A stretch of DNA of 64,000 nt, from the IMG/VR virus record IMGVR_UViG_3300016457_000183; one strand, 5' to 3'. The stretch's first letter is position 1; each line of letters opens with the position of its first letter. The notes beneath the pieces were generated by a model. It did not search any database, was not told the DNA's origin, and saw only the letters and a program-made list of their open reading frames with translations. Origin of the DNA: an uncultured virus (IMG/VR IMGVR_UViG_3300016457_000183). Taxonomy: Duplodnaviria; Heunggongvirae; Uroviricota; Caudoviricetes. Shown piece by piece: positions 1-9,735 of the stretch. The position numbers and the translations under genes were made by a program.

Positions 1-82
1 CTAGTACGACTGTTTCTGAGGTAAGTTAACTTGAACAACTCCTAAACGAACTGAAACTTGAACTTTTTTCTTTAATTCGAAA

Positions 83-116
83 AGGTGCGGTTGCGGTCGC
101 AAACGCAACCGCACCT
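83..116. repeat. Perfect 13-bp GC-rich hairpin
   Basis: AGGTGCGGTTGCG-8 nt loop-CGCAACCGCACCT. Confidence 0.9.
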
Positions 117-151
117 GTATAAGATCTTATAAGATCTTATTAAATCTTATT
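117..151. repeat. AT-rich 10-bp tandem repeat, about 3 copies
   Basis: TATAAGATCT TATAAGATCT TATTAAATCT. Confidence 0.8.
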
Positions 152-198
152 AAGCAAAATTTGCTAAGGATTTCACCGAGTTAGACCGTCAAAATTTC

Positions 199-278
199 CC
201 AAAACCCTCGAAACTTTTCCAAAAACCCTCGAAACTTTTCCAAAAACCCTCGAAACTTTTCCAAAAACCCTCGAAACT
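199..278. repeat. 21-bp tandem repeat x4, iteron-like
   Basis: CCAAAAACCCTCGAAACTTTT repeated head to tail. Confidence 0.9.
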
Positions 279-310
279 CAGTTCCGAAAACATAAATTTG
301 TATAATCTTA

Positions 311-370
311 TATAAGTTTATTGGTTCCTATATAAGTTTATTGGTTCCTATATAAGTTTATTAGTTCCTA
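311..370. repeat. 20-bp tandem repeat x3
   Basis: TATAAGTTTATTGGTTCCTA x2 plus TATAAGTTTATTAGTTCCTA. Confidence 0.9.
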
Positions 371-407
371 TGGACCGCAGGTTTGTAATAACTTTACAAA
401 CTTCATG

Positions 408-445
408 CAGAGAAAGCTGGATGCTTTAGCACCTGATCATGTGAC
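408..445 (-). mobile_element. Mini element made of the fused ends of the IscB element
   Basis: Minus strand GTCACATGATCAGGTGCTAAAGCATCCAGCTTTCTCTG; 5' half matches the omegaRNA start at 12434, 3' half matches the distal end at 10731-10752. Confidence 0.75.
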
Positions 446-687
446 AATGGGGAGTTCAAAGGGAACCCCTCCTAGGTTCAAACGGACGTAACAACCTCTC
501 CTATTCGTACTAAGGCAACTAATTGAGGGCTTTGTTGAACCATAAAGTAACTAAAACTCACAAAATGCGCGAATTTGTGATGGTTCCCCTACTAGCAATA
601 CTAAGACATACTCTGAACAAAGAACTGCGCAAATTCCTATGATTTTGTGCGAAAATACGCGCGACTAATTAGTACTGTATTTCAGTA

Positions 688-1257
688 TCAGTAACCGCGA
701 TGAATTTCTTTCACTACCTCAGGAGTTAACCAACTAAAAAAATGTTCCTCTCGGAACATTACCAAAGCGACACCATCCTTTGAGAATTGGACCCACGGGT
801 AGGAGGGTTCTTCTAGGCGAGGAATCAAGGAACGAAGGGTACCTTCTTCAATACAAACGACAGGAACGTGATAATCTCTCTTAAAAATCAAGAGAGGTAA
901 CCTTTTACTCAAAGAGGCGTCTTTGTATGTCTGCTCCCAAAAACGAAGTAACACTGGATCTTGAGGTTCTGATCCTGTATGATCTATTAGGTCAAGTACA
1001 TCCCAAGGTATGTTCTTGACCCTTTTTCCTTTCTTAGTTTTTGAGTAACCTGTTTTGAGTTCTACATTGAATATCTCAACAAAAGGGATTCCTTCCGGTT
1101 GAAGAGCTGTTATATCTCCAAGTTGATGACGTCCAGTCGGATCCTTAATAGTACGGTGCCTTCTATTACGCCAGAAAATGTCATCTCGCGCCCCTTTAGT
1201 CCACCAAAGAGATAAGAACCGGCACTGATCACGTTCGAAATCATCACCTTTACCCAC
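688..1257 (-). CDS. PD-(D/E)XK nuclease, Holliday-junction resolvase-like
   Basis: N-terminal KGxxFER, then GDI and VELK motifs typical of Hjc/phage resolvases. Confidence 0.6.
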   Translation of the reverse strand: MGKGDDFERDQCRFLSLWWTKGARDDIFWRNRRHRTIKDPTGRHQLGDITALQPEGIPFVEIFNVELKTGYSKTKKGKRVKNIPWDVLDLIDHTGSEPQDPVLLRFWEQTYKDASLSKRLPLLIFKRDYHVPVVCIEEGTLRSLIPRLEEPSYPWVQFSKDGVALVMFREEHFFSWLTPEVVKEIHRGY

Positions 1258-1277
1258 TATAGGTACCCCCTCAACTT

Positions 1278-1832
1278 TTACTGAATCTCCTTTATCCGGG
1301 CTTTGAAGTAGCTCTCACCACAAAGAAAAGACAAGACACAAATTTGTTCTAAAGTCTTTCCCTCTTCAAACCACTTCTTAACAACGTCAACGAGGCAGAA
1401 AGAGTTAACATCGATATCGAACACTTCAGTAATATCCTGTTGTGAAAGGCCCGCTGATTCACTCAAAAAAGGGCTGTTATGATTAAGCTCGAGGTTACGC
1501 TCATCTTGTTTCTTAATGAAGACGGGTTCCTCGAAAAAGCTGCCCAAAGAGTATTGTTGCCCCCGACTTAACCCTAAGAAAAACGCGCTCGCGGCACGAG
1601 CCTGTTTAGAGATAGGTAGTTTACCTAACCATTTGTAGTACAGTTCAATCAATACCGAATCAGGAACTCCGGGTAAATTGTAGCTAAACAAAACAGCAGA
1701 CCATTGAATAATATCTCGGTACAAACTCAGATCCGCACTTAAAATCTGATCGAATCTCATTTTAGCCAATTCGTTCTCACCGGCCATCTTACGATCCACC
1801 CTTCCTTTACGTAAGTCGTAAATGATGTACAA
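1278..1832 (-). CDS. Hypothetical protein
   Basis: 184-aa ORF in the minus-strand gene run; start uncertain. Confidence 0.6.
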   Translation of the reverse strand: MYIIYDLRKGRVDRKMAGENELAKMRFDQILSADLSLYRDIIQWSAVLFSYNLPGVPDSVLIELYYKWLGKLPISKQARAASAFFLGLSRGQQYSLGSFFEEPVFIKKQDERNLELNHNSPFLSESAGLSQQDITEVFDIDVNSFCLVDVVKKWFEEGKTLEQICVLSFLCGESYFKARIKEIQ

Positions 1833-2689
1833 ACATTATACAGATCACAACTCAAGATCAAGCTCCACCTAAAGTCTTCTATCTCCTTCGCTCTTTCAAG
1901 TAACTGCGAGAGGGTAATTTCGGTCACGTCATCTACTTTAAGTCGAGGTAAATCAAAGAGAACAGATTTTACTTCTCGAGGGTAAGAAAACAGTCTCAGA
2001 TCAACTTTCCTTACTTTGAATTTTCTCTCCAACACATCTGCAGTTAGAGAGTTTACCTTAGTAACTACTGTTGTCACACTTTCCAGTAATATGTCCTCAG
2101 TAACAGTTGGGTCTAAATTAGTGTGAATTTTTCTGTGAATTACGGTAGTTAGAGGAAATCCGTTAAGTACTACTTTAACTAAGAAAGACAAAGCAACACG
2201 TCCTGTTTCTCCATTGAGGACTAAAAGTCCAATATCACCAGCACTAACTCCAACACCTAAGAAGTCTTCATCAAATTTCTCGAGGCTAATTTGGACGTCC
2301 TTACTAGCTAGTACCTTTACGAAGTTGACCTTTTTGATTATCTCGTCTATCACCCAAACGTTACTTATGCTAGTGTTGTACTGTGTACTTAGTACAGCGC
2401 GAATATAATCCTCTGAAGAATCGCGGACACCTCTGAATAAGAGGATCTTGTCCCCAACTACTTTGTTGAAAACCTCACATTCTTCATGTTCAACCAATGC
2501 CTCAAAGAACTTAGGTGTACATCCAGCTAACTTACAAACTTGCTGCCTAGCCCAGTCTGTTAAGGGATAAAATTGTCCTTCTAAAACCACCTGTCCTTGC
2601 GGTGTCATGCGGAAAGGGCTCACTACATCAAAACATCTTTCACTAAACTCTCTAACTACATCAAACTCCATCCTACACCTCCTCTTCAA
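1757..2689 (-). CDS. DUF932-like phage protein
   Basis: LTDWARQQVC, IRAVLSTQY and LNGETG motifs; likely start is MEFD at 2671 after GAGGAGG. Confidence 0.55.
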   Translation of the reverse strand: MKRRCRMEFDVVREFSERCFDVVSPFRMTPQGQVVLEGQFYPLTDWARQQVCKLAGCTPKFFEALVEHEECEVFNKVVGDKILLFRGVRDSSEDYIRAVLSTQYNTSISNVWVIDEIIKKVNFVKVLASKDVQISLEKFDEDFLGVGVSAGDIGLLVLNGETGRVALSFLVKVVLNGFPLTTVIHRKIHTNLDPTVTEDILLESVTTVVTKVNSLTADVLERKFKVRKVDLRLFSYPREVKSVLFDLPRLKVDDVTEITLSQLLERAKEIEDFRWSLILSCDLYNVCTSFTTYVKEGWIVRWPVRTNWLK

Positions 2690-2963
2690 CGGGTGTAATA
2701 CCCTTCAAAGCCTTAGTAAGATACGCCATCATATCTTCTTCGGTAATCTCTCCATCTAAACCACAACCTAGTTGTACTCCTAGAATTTCCTTACCTCTCA
2801 CCGCGTCAAATATGTCATCTGTAACACTAGGAGAAATCTTTATACTTAAATAGCCCCATCGATATCTAACATAAACCATCCTTCCGTCAACGAGTTTAAT
2901 CTCCCATTGAGAAGGACAAGCAAAGCATGTTTGTTTCAACTCTTTGATTTGAGCAGCGCTCAT
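2673..2963 (-). CDS. Conserved phage hypothetical protein
   Basis: TCFACPSQWE...YVRYRWGYLS motif; AGGAGG RBS. Confidence 0.6.
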   Translation of the reverse strand: MSAAQIKELKQTCFACPSQWEIKLVDGRMVYVRYRWGYLSIKISPSVTDDIFDAVRGKEILGVQLGCGLDGEITEEDMMAYLTKALKGITPVEEEV

Positions 2964-2973
2964 GAAAACCCTC

Positions 2974-3300
2974 CTATTTGCTCAATTCTAGCAACCTCTC
3001 TTTAGGCAAAACCTCCTTGACCAAAAATTCTGCACCCTCAAGTGTCAGTTCCAGATCCTTCAAATTCAACAAACGTAATTCACTATGATGACGTCGTCGC
3101 AGGAAAAAGGCCCGAATAGCACTAGCCTCAGCTTCTAGTTCCTTCTGCACTTCAGGAGGTGCTAGTTGAGCTGCTACTTCCAAGAAGCTCTTCGGGTAAG
3201 TTCTCACAACTAAGCAAGAATCAACTTCAGGTTCGCCCGTATATGGCGAAAAGCGCCAATTAATCAGTGTGTTCTTCCCTTGCACAACTTTCATTTTCAC
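2974..3300 (-). CDS. Hypothetical protein
   Basis: ORF with RBS in gene run. Confidence 0.55.
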   Translation of the reverse strand: MKMKVVQGKNTLINWRFSPYTGEPEVDSCLVVRTYPKSFLEVAAQLAPPEVQKELEAEASAIRAFFLRRRHHSELRLLNLKDLELTLEGAEFLVKEVLPKERLLELSK

Positions 3301-3754
3301 TCTCCTCTAACACTTTCTTCAACTTCATAAGAGAATTATCCCAAGCGCCATAAATACGAACTACATCAAAGAACTCTTCCACATCATGTTGACGCAGCCC
3401 CCACTTGACCTTTCCTTGACTAGTTATACTTTTCACGATATGACGAAGCTCGTGGAGTAACAAAGCTTCCTTTTCTTGCAGCTCCGCACCTGCCCACCAA
3501 TCAGCCCATACTTCAATTACGTAATCGTAGCCGGTTAAATAAGCCCATTTTCCAGTCGCTCTTGAACATTTGCCTAAGTAACGAGACTTCTCACTCCACT
3601 TCTTCAAATACCTAATGTTAGCCTCCTTAGCATGTTCTAAGAGGTTAGGAAACCTGCGCATAAGATCCTTTGCAATCTCCTCACATTCTGGGCATTCTTC
3701 ATACTTTGAATCTGCTTTCTTCTTCGCTACCGAGAGCATTTCTTTTAAATCCAT
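3260..3754 (-). CDS. Putative phage metallopeptidase
   Basis: LLLHELRH (HExxH) followed by HDVEEF...YG. Confidence 0.75.
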   Translation of the reverse strand: MDLKEMLSVAKKKADSKYEECPECEEIAKDLMRRFPNLLEHAKEANIRYLKKWSEKSRYLGKCSRATGKWAYLTGYDYVIEVWADWWAGAELQEKEALLLHELRHIVKSITSQGKVKWGLRQHDVEEFFDVVRIYGAWDNSLMKLKKVLEESENESCAREEHTD

Positions 3755-3787
3755 AAATAAACACCTCCCACTAAACAGAGTATGTTT

Positions 3788-4177
3788 TCAATCTTCTTTC
3801 TGCTCACTTAGGTTCATACCGCTTTCATTCTCCTGTCTCTTAGTTAGAAACGAATCACAGGTCTGTATAATTCCACTACTTTTCAACAACTCTTCTACGA
3901 GCTGCTTTCGTTTTTCCGAAGGCAAACTACGGTCTCCGTTAGTTCTATTAGATAATAGTAACCAACCTAAGAAACACTTTAACGAACAGAAATCAAGAGA
4001 GCCACTGCCCGTATACCTAAGAGATTCGAAAGACGTAATGAAACTGGAACAACCTTCTCCAGTTTCTCCTTTAACAATATGCGTTCCAAGGTCGTCAAAA
4101 AAGACCCATCCTTTTTCCGCATGAACATCGAGAGTGATCTTTCCACACCACTCACACTTATGTGTTTCAACTATCAT
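3788..4177 (-). CDS. Hypothetical Cys-rich protein
   Basis: CxxC and DFCSLKC motifs; GGAGG RBS. Confidence 0.55.
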   Translation of the reverse strand: MIVETHKCEWCGKITLDVHAEKGWVFFDDLGTHIVKGETGEGCSSFITSFESLRYTGSGSLDFCSLKCFLGWLLLSNRTNGDRSLPSEKRKQLVEELLKSSGIIQTCDSFLTKRQENESGMNLSEQKED

Positions 4178-4308
4178 TTTTCATTACCTCCTTTAGAAAT
4201 TAACTGACTTACCTTGAAAATACTAACCAACTGAAAAACCGTGTTTGGTCAAAACTTGTTCCACACCTTCTTCACGATCAACTAATACTACTATCTTAAC
4301 CACTTAAA

Positions 4309-4427
4309 TGTGGGGAAAGTGATCCTTGACGGTTTGGATTGCTTTCACCAAAGAACGCCCAGTCGTTGCTACATCATCTATGATAGCTACTCTTTCATCT
4401 TTCTCTGTAAGCTGACCTTCAATCCAT
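4309..4427 (-). pseudogene. Duplicated internal fragment of pyrE
   Basis: Close nucleotide copy of 5586-5703 (WIEGQLTEKDERVAIIDDVATTGRSLVKAIQTVK) with no start of its own. Confidence 0.8.
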
Positions 4428-4546
4428 ACTCCGTGGATAGCAGCAACCTCGCCACTTACGGGTCAGTTTTTGGCTAGGCTTAGGATGTCATTTGCTATTA
4501 GGTCAATGAAGTCAATTTTCCTCTCTGTCATCGTTGGTGTCCTTAT

Positions 4547-4931
4547 TTACCAAATACAGTCCCGTGCGATTTCAACTAGCCGGACAAATACCTCATCTTT
4601 GACTTGTTCTTCTAAGGGAAGTTTATTGTAAGGCACTAAGTCTGGATGAATTTTGTTTTCTGGATCATATTTTTCGCCATACTTCCATCCCATTTTCAAG
4701 GTATTTCTTCATCCATGAGTTATGAGCCTCTTCGGAGTTTTGAAATTTCTTTTTACCAGAACACAAGTCCGCAGTTAAATCCCTGAATTGCTCTTTAAAT
4801 TCCTTTTCCCGCTCATCCCATGGTTTTGGAATGACAGGACACCGTAATTGAACAGCGTGTAACCTAGCCCCTTCATAAACAAACTTTGCTCTACGTTCAT
4901 TTAGGTCTATTATATACCTCTCTTTCATCAA
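4547..4931 (-). pseudogene. RyR-domain phage protein with a 1-nt frameshift
   Basis: HNSWM in one frame continues as MGWKYGEKYDPENKIHPDLVPYNKLPLEEQVKD in another after GAAAATG near 4695. Confidence 0.75.
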
Positions 4932-4943
4932 TAAAAATCTTTC

Positions 4944-5168
4944 TCAATAATCCCTCCTCTTTACCTGTCTTCCTTCTTGTGGCACAAAAATCATGGCCTG
5001 ATCTTCCTCTGTTGGCTTTTTATCTACCATAGGACAATCCACAATCAAAAACTCAGAAAACGGGCAACCTTCCTTGAAAAAACAATTGTCGCAAGGACGC
5101 TCTACAATATCAGGAAGGTCTGAACGCATTACCATAACCATCTGTATGGCAAATACTTGTTCTGACAT
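4944..5168 (-). CDS. Hypothetical protein
   Basis: 74-aa ORF with CxxC. Confidence 0.45.
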   Translation of the reverse strand: MSEQVFAIQMVMVMRSDLPDIVERPCDNCFFKEGCPFSEFLIVDCPMVDKKPTEEDQAMIFVPQEGRQVKRRDY

Positions 5169-5170
5169 AG

Positions 5171-5437
5171 TTACACCGCCTTTATCACTTTCTTTTTCAT
5201 AAGTTCTTTCAAAAATATCGGGCTTGCGGGGGTATGGCTCGCCATTAACACCAAAATGATATAATCCTCTTTAGTTGCTCGCATGATACCCTTCAGTGTT
5301 GAAATTAGCAAATCTCCATCGCTGGCTTTAGCAAAACGACGCCCGCTCAATTGTAAGGCCTCTAATAGCTCAGGTGTAAATTCCCCATCCATTGCTCTGC
5401 TTTTTACTATAACCGGCTTTTTTCTATATGTATCCAT
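5171..5437 (-). pseudogene. Frameshifted copy of a common YRKKP...YPCKPDIF phage protein
   Basis: YRKKPVIV start; GVNGEPYPRKPDIFERTYEK lies in a different frame from EDYII. Confidence 0.65.
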
Positions 5438-5441
5438 CTGC

Positions 5442-6260
5442 CTATTCCTCTTTTTGTTTTTCCTTCAACTTTTTAATCAATTCACTTGCTTTAAAAATAC
5501 TAACTAATTGATAATTGTGCTCGCTTAAGGCTTCTTTCGCCCCTTCCTCACGATCAACCAGGACCACGACCTTAGCTATGTTGATATGAGGAAAGTGGCC
5601 CTTGACAGTTTGGATTGCTTTCACCAGAGAACGCCCTGTTGTTGCCACATCATCTACAATAGCCACTCTCTTGTCTTTCTCTGTAAGCTGACCTTCAATC
5701 CATTTACACAAGCCGTATTCTTTAGGCTCTTTTCTGATGATAAAAGTACGATAGTAACCTTTGCCCGCAAGTGCTCCAAGTATTGGATCAGCACCAATTG
5801 TAGGGCCACCAACTGCATCAACCTCTTCAATTACATCTCTCATTATCTCAGCTATAATTGACGCTCCTTCTGACGAAGTTGTAACCATTCTAGCATCAAT
5901 ATAGTAGGTACTTTGACTACCGGACGAAAGTTTAACATCATCGAAAATTAGAGCATAATCAATCAATAATTGTTTTAATCGGCGCTTATGCGCGGCGTCA
6001 GTACTTTTGACTTGTGCACGTGGCCGAAGATAATAGTGGTCTCCTTTATCAACAAGTCTCCGCATTAAGATTCTTTTCTTGACTCCGTGTAAGTTATACC
6101 AAGACACGCCACCATCAAAGTGCGTAAAACGTTCTTGCACTTTGCCGCACTGCGTACAAATTCTATAAGCGCGTCTAAATTGAGGAAGTTCTACTTCTTC
6201 GAAACATTCAGTACCTGAATATTTGTACACATATTTCCAGCGGTGCCATAAATGTAACAT
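5442..6260 (-). CDS. pyrE: Orotate phosphoribosyltransferase with about 90-aa N-terminal extension
   Basis: LSSG..S.YYID, IRKEPKEYG, PRPP loop VAIVDDVATTGRS, VLVDREEGA. Confidence 0.9.
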   Translation of the reverse strand: MLHLWHRWKYVYKYSGTECFEEVELPQFRRAYRICTQCGKVQERFTHFDGGVSWYNLHGVKKRILMRRLVDKGDHYYLRPRAQVKSTDAAHKRRLKQLLIDYALIFDDVKLSSGSQSTYYIDARMVTTSSEGASIIAEIMRDVIEEVDAVGGPTIGADPILGALAGKGYYRTFIIRKEPKEYGLCKWIEGQLTEKDKRVAIVDDVATTGRSLVKAIQTVKGHFPHINIAKVVVLVDREEGAKEALSEHNYQLVSIFKASELIKKLKEKQKEE

Positions 6261-6335
6261 TTCAACCCCCTGAGCACTTTCTTCTTTTTCTAATTTGAGC
6301 CTGCAAGGCCCCTTCCCTCTGGGTAAGAGAGGATG

Positions 6336-6635
6336 TCAATACTCTTCCTCTTTATTAGCCTTACTTTTCTTATACTTTTCCCAATACCAAGGCCCGTGAC
6401 CCAGCAGTGAACAAAATTCATCAACAGTAATTTCATGCTTCCATCCTTTAACATAATTCGCTAAGTAAATTTTAGGTCTATCTTGAATAATCCTTTCTAA
6501 AGCCTCTTCTTCGCGTTCATGCTCAAACCATTCAGTTCCCCATCCTATCACTCTTTGTATATCAGCTATTTGCTCACCTTTTTCATCAAGGACGAGTAAA
6601 TTCCGGTTTGTGAAAAGGAACACTTCTTTAATCAT
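6336..6635 (-). CDS. Hypothetical protein
   Basis: ORF with AGGAGG RBS. Confidence 0.6.
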   Translation of the reverse strand: MIKEVFLFTNRNLLVLDEKGEQIADIQRVIGWGTEWFEHEREEEALERIIQDRPKIYLANYVKGWKHEITVDEFCSLLGHGPWYWEKYKKSKANKEEEY

Positions 6636-7371
6636 GGTTTACCTCCTTTGAGTCAACCCAATTTTCTGCTTCCTCTCTAGTCAGGAAGAAATGAATTCCT
6701 CCTGCACATTCTTGCCATCTATCCTCACACCACTCATGTGCTACCACTTTTTCTCCGGACCGGTAAATCGCAGTAGCATAGTAATTTTCTACTTTTACCT
6801 CATCTGCTCCTTCGATTTCCAAACAAATAGCATATTCTGCTCTATACTTTCTTGTTGTAGCACATGACCGGCGAGCTTCTTTAGGGATAAGGAGTTTGAC
6901 GATGTGGCCGTTTTTCTTTCCCCAACCAATTAGATCCCCTTCTGGTGCTGGGTGGATACCCACGGTTAAATAATTTATTCTGATATCCCTGAGATTAGCT
7001 CCCGTGAGATCAGCGCCTGTGAGATCAGCTCCTCTGAGATCAGCGCCTGTGAGATCAGCTTCCTTAAGATTAGCTCTCCAGAGGTTAGCTTCCCAGAGAT
7101 TAGCTCCTCTGAGATTAGCTTCCCAAAGGTTAGCTTCCCAGAGATCAGCTCCTCTGAGGTTAGCTTCTCTGAGGTTAGCTCCCCAGAGATCAGCTCTCCA
7201 GAGATTAGCTCTCCAGAGGTCGGCTCCTCTGAGATTAGCTTCCCTAAGATCAGCTCTTGTGAGATCAACTCCTCTCAAATCAACCTCTTCCAGATTAGCT
7301 TTTGTTCCCTTTTTTCCTGTCAGCCACTTTTCGTGGTTCTTTAATATTTGCGCTAATTCCTCCTTATTCAT
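6628..7371 (-). CDS. Pentapeptide-repeat protein with DUF5758-like C-terminal domain
   Basis: A(D/N)LxX repeats; C-terminus RKYRAE...WQECAGGIHFFLTREEA. Confidence 0.9.
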   Translation of the reverse strand: MNKEELAQILKNHEKWLTGKKGTKANLEEVDLRGVDLTRADLREANLRGADLWRANLWRADLWGANLREANLRGADLWEANLWEANLRGANLWEANLWRANLKEADLTGADLRGADLTGADLTGANLRDIRINYLTVGIHPAPEGDLIGWGKKNGHIVKLLIPKEARRSCATTRKYRAEYAICLEIEGADEVKVENYYATAIYRSGEKVVAHEWCEDRWQECAGGIHFFLTREEAENWVDSKEVNHD

Positions 7372-7394
7372 GTTTTCCTCCTTCTACTATTTAT

Positions 7395-8402
7395 CTAACC
7401 CCATGCTTCTGCTTCTTCTCTAGTCAGAAAGAAATGAATTCCTCCCGCACATTCTTGCCATCTATCCTCACACCATTCATGTGCTACCACCTTTTCTCCA
7501 GGTCGATAAACGGCGGTAGCATGACTATTCTTTACTATTACCTCATCTGTTCCCTCTACCTCTAAACAAATAGCATATTCTGCTCTATACTTTCTTGTTG
7601 TAGCACATGACCGGCGAGCTTCTTTAGGGATGAGGAGTTTGACGATGTACCCGTCTTTCTTTCCCCAACCAATTAGATCTCCTTCCGGTGCTGGGTGGAT
7701 GCCCGTGGTCAAATAATTTATTCTGGCATCCTTGAGATTAACTCCTCTAAGATCAGCTTCCGTGAGAATAGCTTCCTTAAGATTAGCTTCCCTAAAGTCA
7801 GCCTCTGTGAGATTAGCTTCCCTAAGATCAGCTCCTGTGAGATCAACTCCTCTGAGATCAGCCCTCGCGAGATCAGCTTCCTTAAGATTAGCTCTCCAAA
7901 GGTCAGCTCCTGTGAGATTAGCTTCCTCAAGATCACCTTCCGTGAGAATAGCTTTCCTGAGATTAGCTCCTGTAAGATTAGCTCTCGAGAGATCAACTTC
8001 CCTGAGATCAACTCCTCTGAGATCAGCCCTCGCGAGATCAGCTTCCTTAAGATTAGCTCTCCAGAGGTTAGCTCCCGTGAGATCAACTTCCGTGAGATCG
8101 GCTCCTTGGAGATCAACTTCCGCGAGAATAGCTTTCTTAAGATTAGCTCCTATGAGATTAGCTTCTCTAAGATCGGCTCTTTGAAGATTAGCCCAGCTAA
8201 GATTAGCTTCTCTAAAGTTAGCTCCTGTAAGATTAGCGTCTTTAAAGTTAGCTTTTCTCAAGTTAGCCTTTGAAAAATCAACTCCTTTTAAATCAACTCC
8301 TCTTAAATCAGCTTTAGTTCCTCCTCCCTTCCCTGTCAACCACTTTTTGTGTTCCTTTAATATCTGCGCTAATTCCTCTTTATCCATGTTTCTCTCCTTC
8401 AT
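7395..8402 (-). CDS. Pentapeptide-repeat protein with DUF5758-like C-terminal domain (paralog)
   Basis: Longer repeat tract; termini nearly identical to 6628-7371. Confidence 0.9.
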   Translation of the reverse strand: MKERNMDKEELAQILKEHKKWLTGKGGGTKADLRGVDLKGVDFSKANLRKANFKDANLTGANFREANLSWANLQRADLREANLIGANLKKAILAEVDLQGADLTEVDLTGANLWRANLKEADLARADLRGVDLREVDLSRANLTGANLRKAILTEGDLEEANLTGADLWRANLKEADLARADLRGVDLTGADLREANLTEADFREANLKEAILTEADLRGVNLKDARINYLTTGIHPAPEGDLIGWGKKDGYIVKLLIPKEARRSCATTRKYRAEYAICLEVEGTDEVIVKNSHATAVYRPGEKVVAHEWCEDRWQECAGGIHFFLTREEAEAWG

Positions 8403-8599
8403 TTAATTTCTTCAACTTCTTCCAACTTCATTTGATACATTTGATTGCCTTGTAATTCTACGGGAAATGGAGAAGCATCGCCATCTTTGTATCGCCCTCG
8501 TAATACCTTTCCTATAGGCAACCTATAAGGATTACCTTTGATTACTTTGAACCAAAGAGGAAACACTTTCGCTAACCACTCATTTTTGTGGTCCTTCAC
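8399..8599 (-). CDS. Hypothetical protein
   Basis: Short ORF with RBS. Confidence 0.5.
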   Translation of the reverse strand: MKDHKNEWLAKVFPLWFKVIKGNPYRLPIGKVLRGRYKDGDASPFPVELQGNQMYQMKLEEVEEIK

Positions 8600-8611
8600 C
8601 GTATAACCTCC

Positions 8612-8866
8612 TCAGTGAATTTCCAATTGAACAACTTTAAACTCTCCATTCTCCAGCTTCAATGGAGTAGCTAGGATATAAGGAGACACACTTACATCTC
8701 CTCCTGTAAAGGTAAGTGAATTTTTGACATCAACACAAGGTATCAATCTCACAGCTGTATCATCAGTAAAAACTATTACTGCTTCGGGCCAATCACTGGT
8801 ATCAATCCTTTTGATAGTTTTGTTTGTCAAAAACTCCTTCACTGGTTTAAGTGTTAGCCATGCCAT
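8612..8866 (-). CDS. Hypothetical protein
   Basis: AGGAGG RBS. Confidence 0.6.
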   Translation of the reverse strand: MAWLTLKPVKEFLTNKTIKRIDTSDWPEAVIVFTDDTAVRLIPCVDVKNSLTFTGGDVSVSPYILATPLKLENGEFKVVQLEIH

Positions 8867-8930
8867 AACTTTCCTCCTTTTAGTAAGCTATTAGAATGCG
8901 GCTTCTCGAACGTTACAGACTACCCAAAAT

Positions 8931-9173
8931 TCATCTTCGCCTTAAATTCACGTACGATGGCTCCAGACCAAGTAAGTGGATTATCTCGAGCGCAGTTCCC
9001 TCAATCACGCCATCTAAACCGTACGTATAAGCATAGTGGTCTGCTTGAACTTTTCTAGCTTGTTTCAATGACATTGCCATCTGAATCGCCGTTCTTATCC
9101 TCTCCTTAACCCAAACTTCTTGATCAGAGGTGACCACTACCTTCTCTGGCATTTTCTCTCCTTCTACGCTCAT
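8931..9173 (-). CDS. Hypothetical protein
   Basis: GAGGAGG RBS. Confidence 0.6.
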   Translation of the reverse strand: MSVEGEKMPEKVVVTSDQEVWVKERIRTAIQMAMSLKQARKVQADHYAYTYGLDGVIEGTALEIIHLLGLEPSYVNLRRR

Positions 9174-9264
9174 TAACGCACCTCCTCTGCAAGAAAAATT
9201 AAAAGTTTTTTAAATAAAAAAAAGAGTACGTAACAAGTATTCGTTCAACTAACCAAATAATGCG

Positions 9265-9735
9265 TTAGATTAATTGGGCTTCTCTAAGTTTGATAATATC
9301 CTCTACCTCAAAACCGCCGGCTCGGAGATCTCTTAGCTCCGATGCTGATAAGACTCGGTTATGTCTTCTGCACTGGAAGACCTCTATTTCCTTCATTTCT
9401 TGTTTCTCCTCCAACTTCGATGCTAACTCCTGAACTTTTTGTCGGTAATCCTCGATCTCAGCATCACAACCTCCTAGCGATTTGCCTAATTCCAATTCGA
9501 GCTCCGATATTCTTTTTTCTCGCCCGATTATCTTTTGTACCAATTCACTAGGTATCGTCCAAGATGATGTCCCATCCTCGGTGAAGTAGCTTCCTTCACC
9601 GTCCTCTATTTCAACTACAATCTTTCCGTAGTAACTCTTCTCAGCATAAACATAACTTAAGATCCCTTTCTCATCTTTCTCCTCTACCATTTCAGTGTTT
9701 CTCTCACCGTTAAGTACTAGAACTAAACTATCCAT
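9265..9735 (-). CDS. Hypothetical coiled-coil protein
   Basis: ORF coupled to the upstream gene. Confidence 0.6.
   Translation of the reverse strand: MDSLVLVLNGERNTEMVEEKDEKGILSYVYAEKSYYGKIVVEIEDGEGSYFTEDGTSSWTIPSELVQKIIGREKRISELELELGKSLGGCDAEIEDYRQKVQELASKLEEKQEMKEIEVFQCRRHNRVLSASELRDLRAGGFEVEDIIKLREAQLI

Noticed and set aside
199..370. CRISPR array
   Set aside because: Head-to-tail repeats without spacers
6650..7725. Duplicated C-termini of the pentapeptide genes as a DGR template/variable pair for the RT
   Set aside because: Both copies are coding, the differences I checked are not adenine-specific, and the RT has retron-type motifs
6975..8273. Alternative-frame and antisense ORFs over the pentapeptide genes
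   Set aside because: By-products of 15-nt repeats lacking stops
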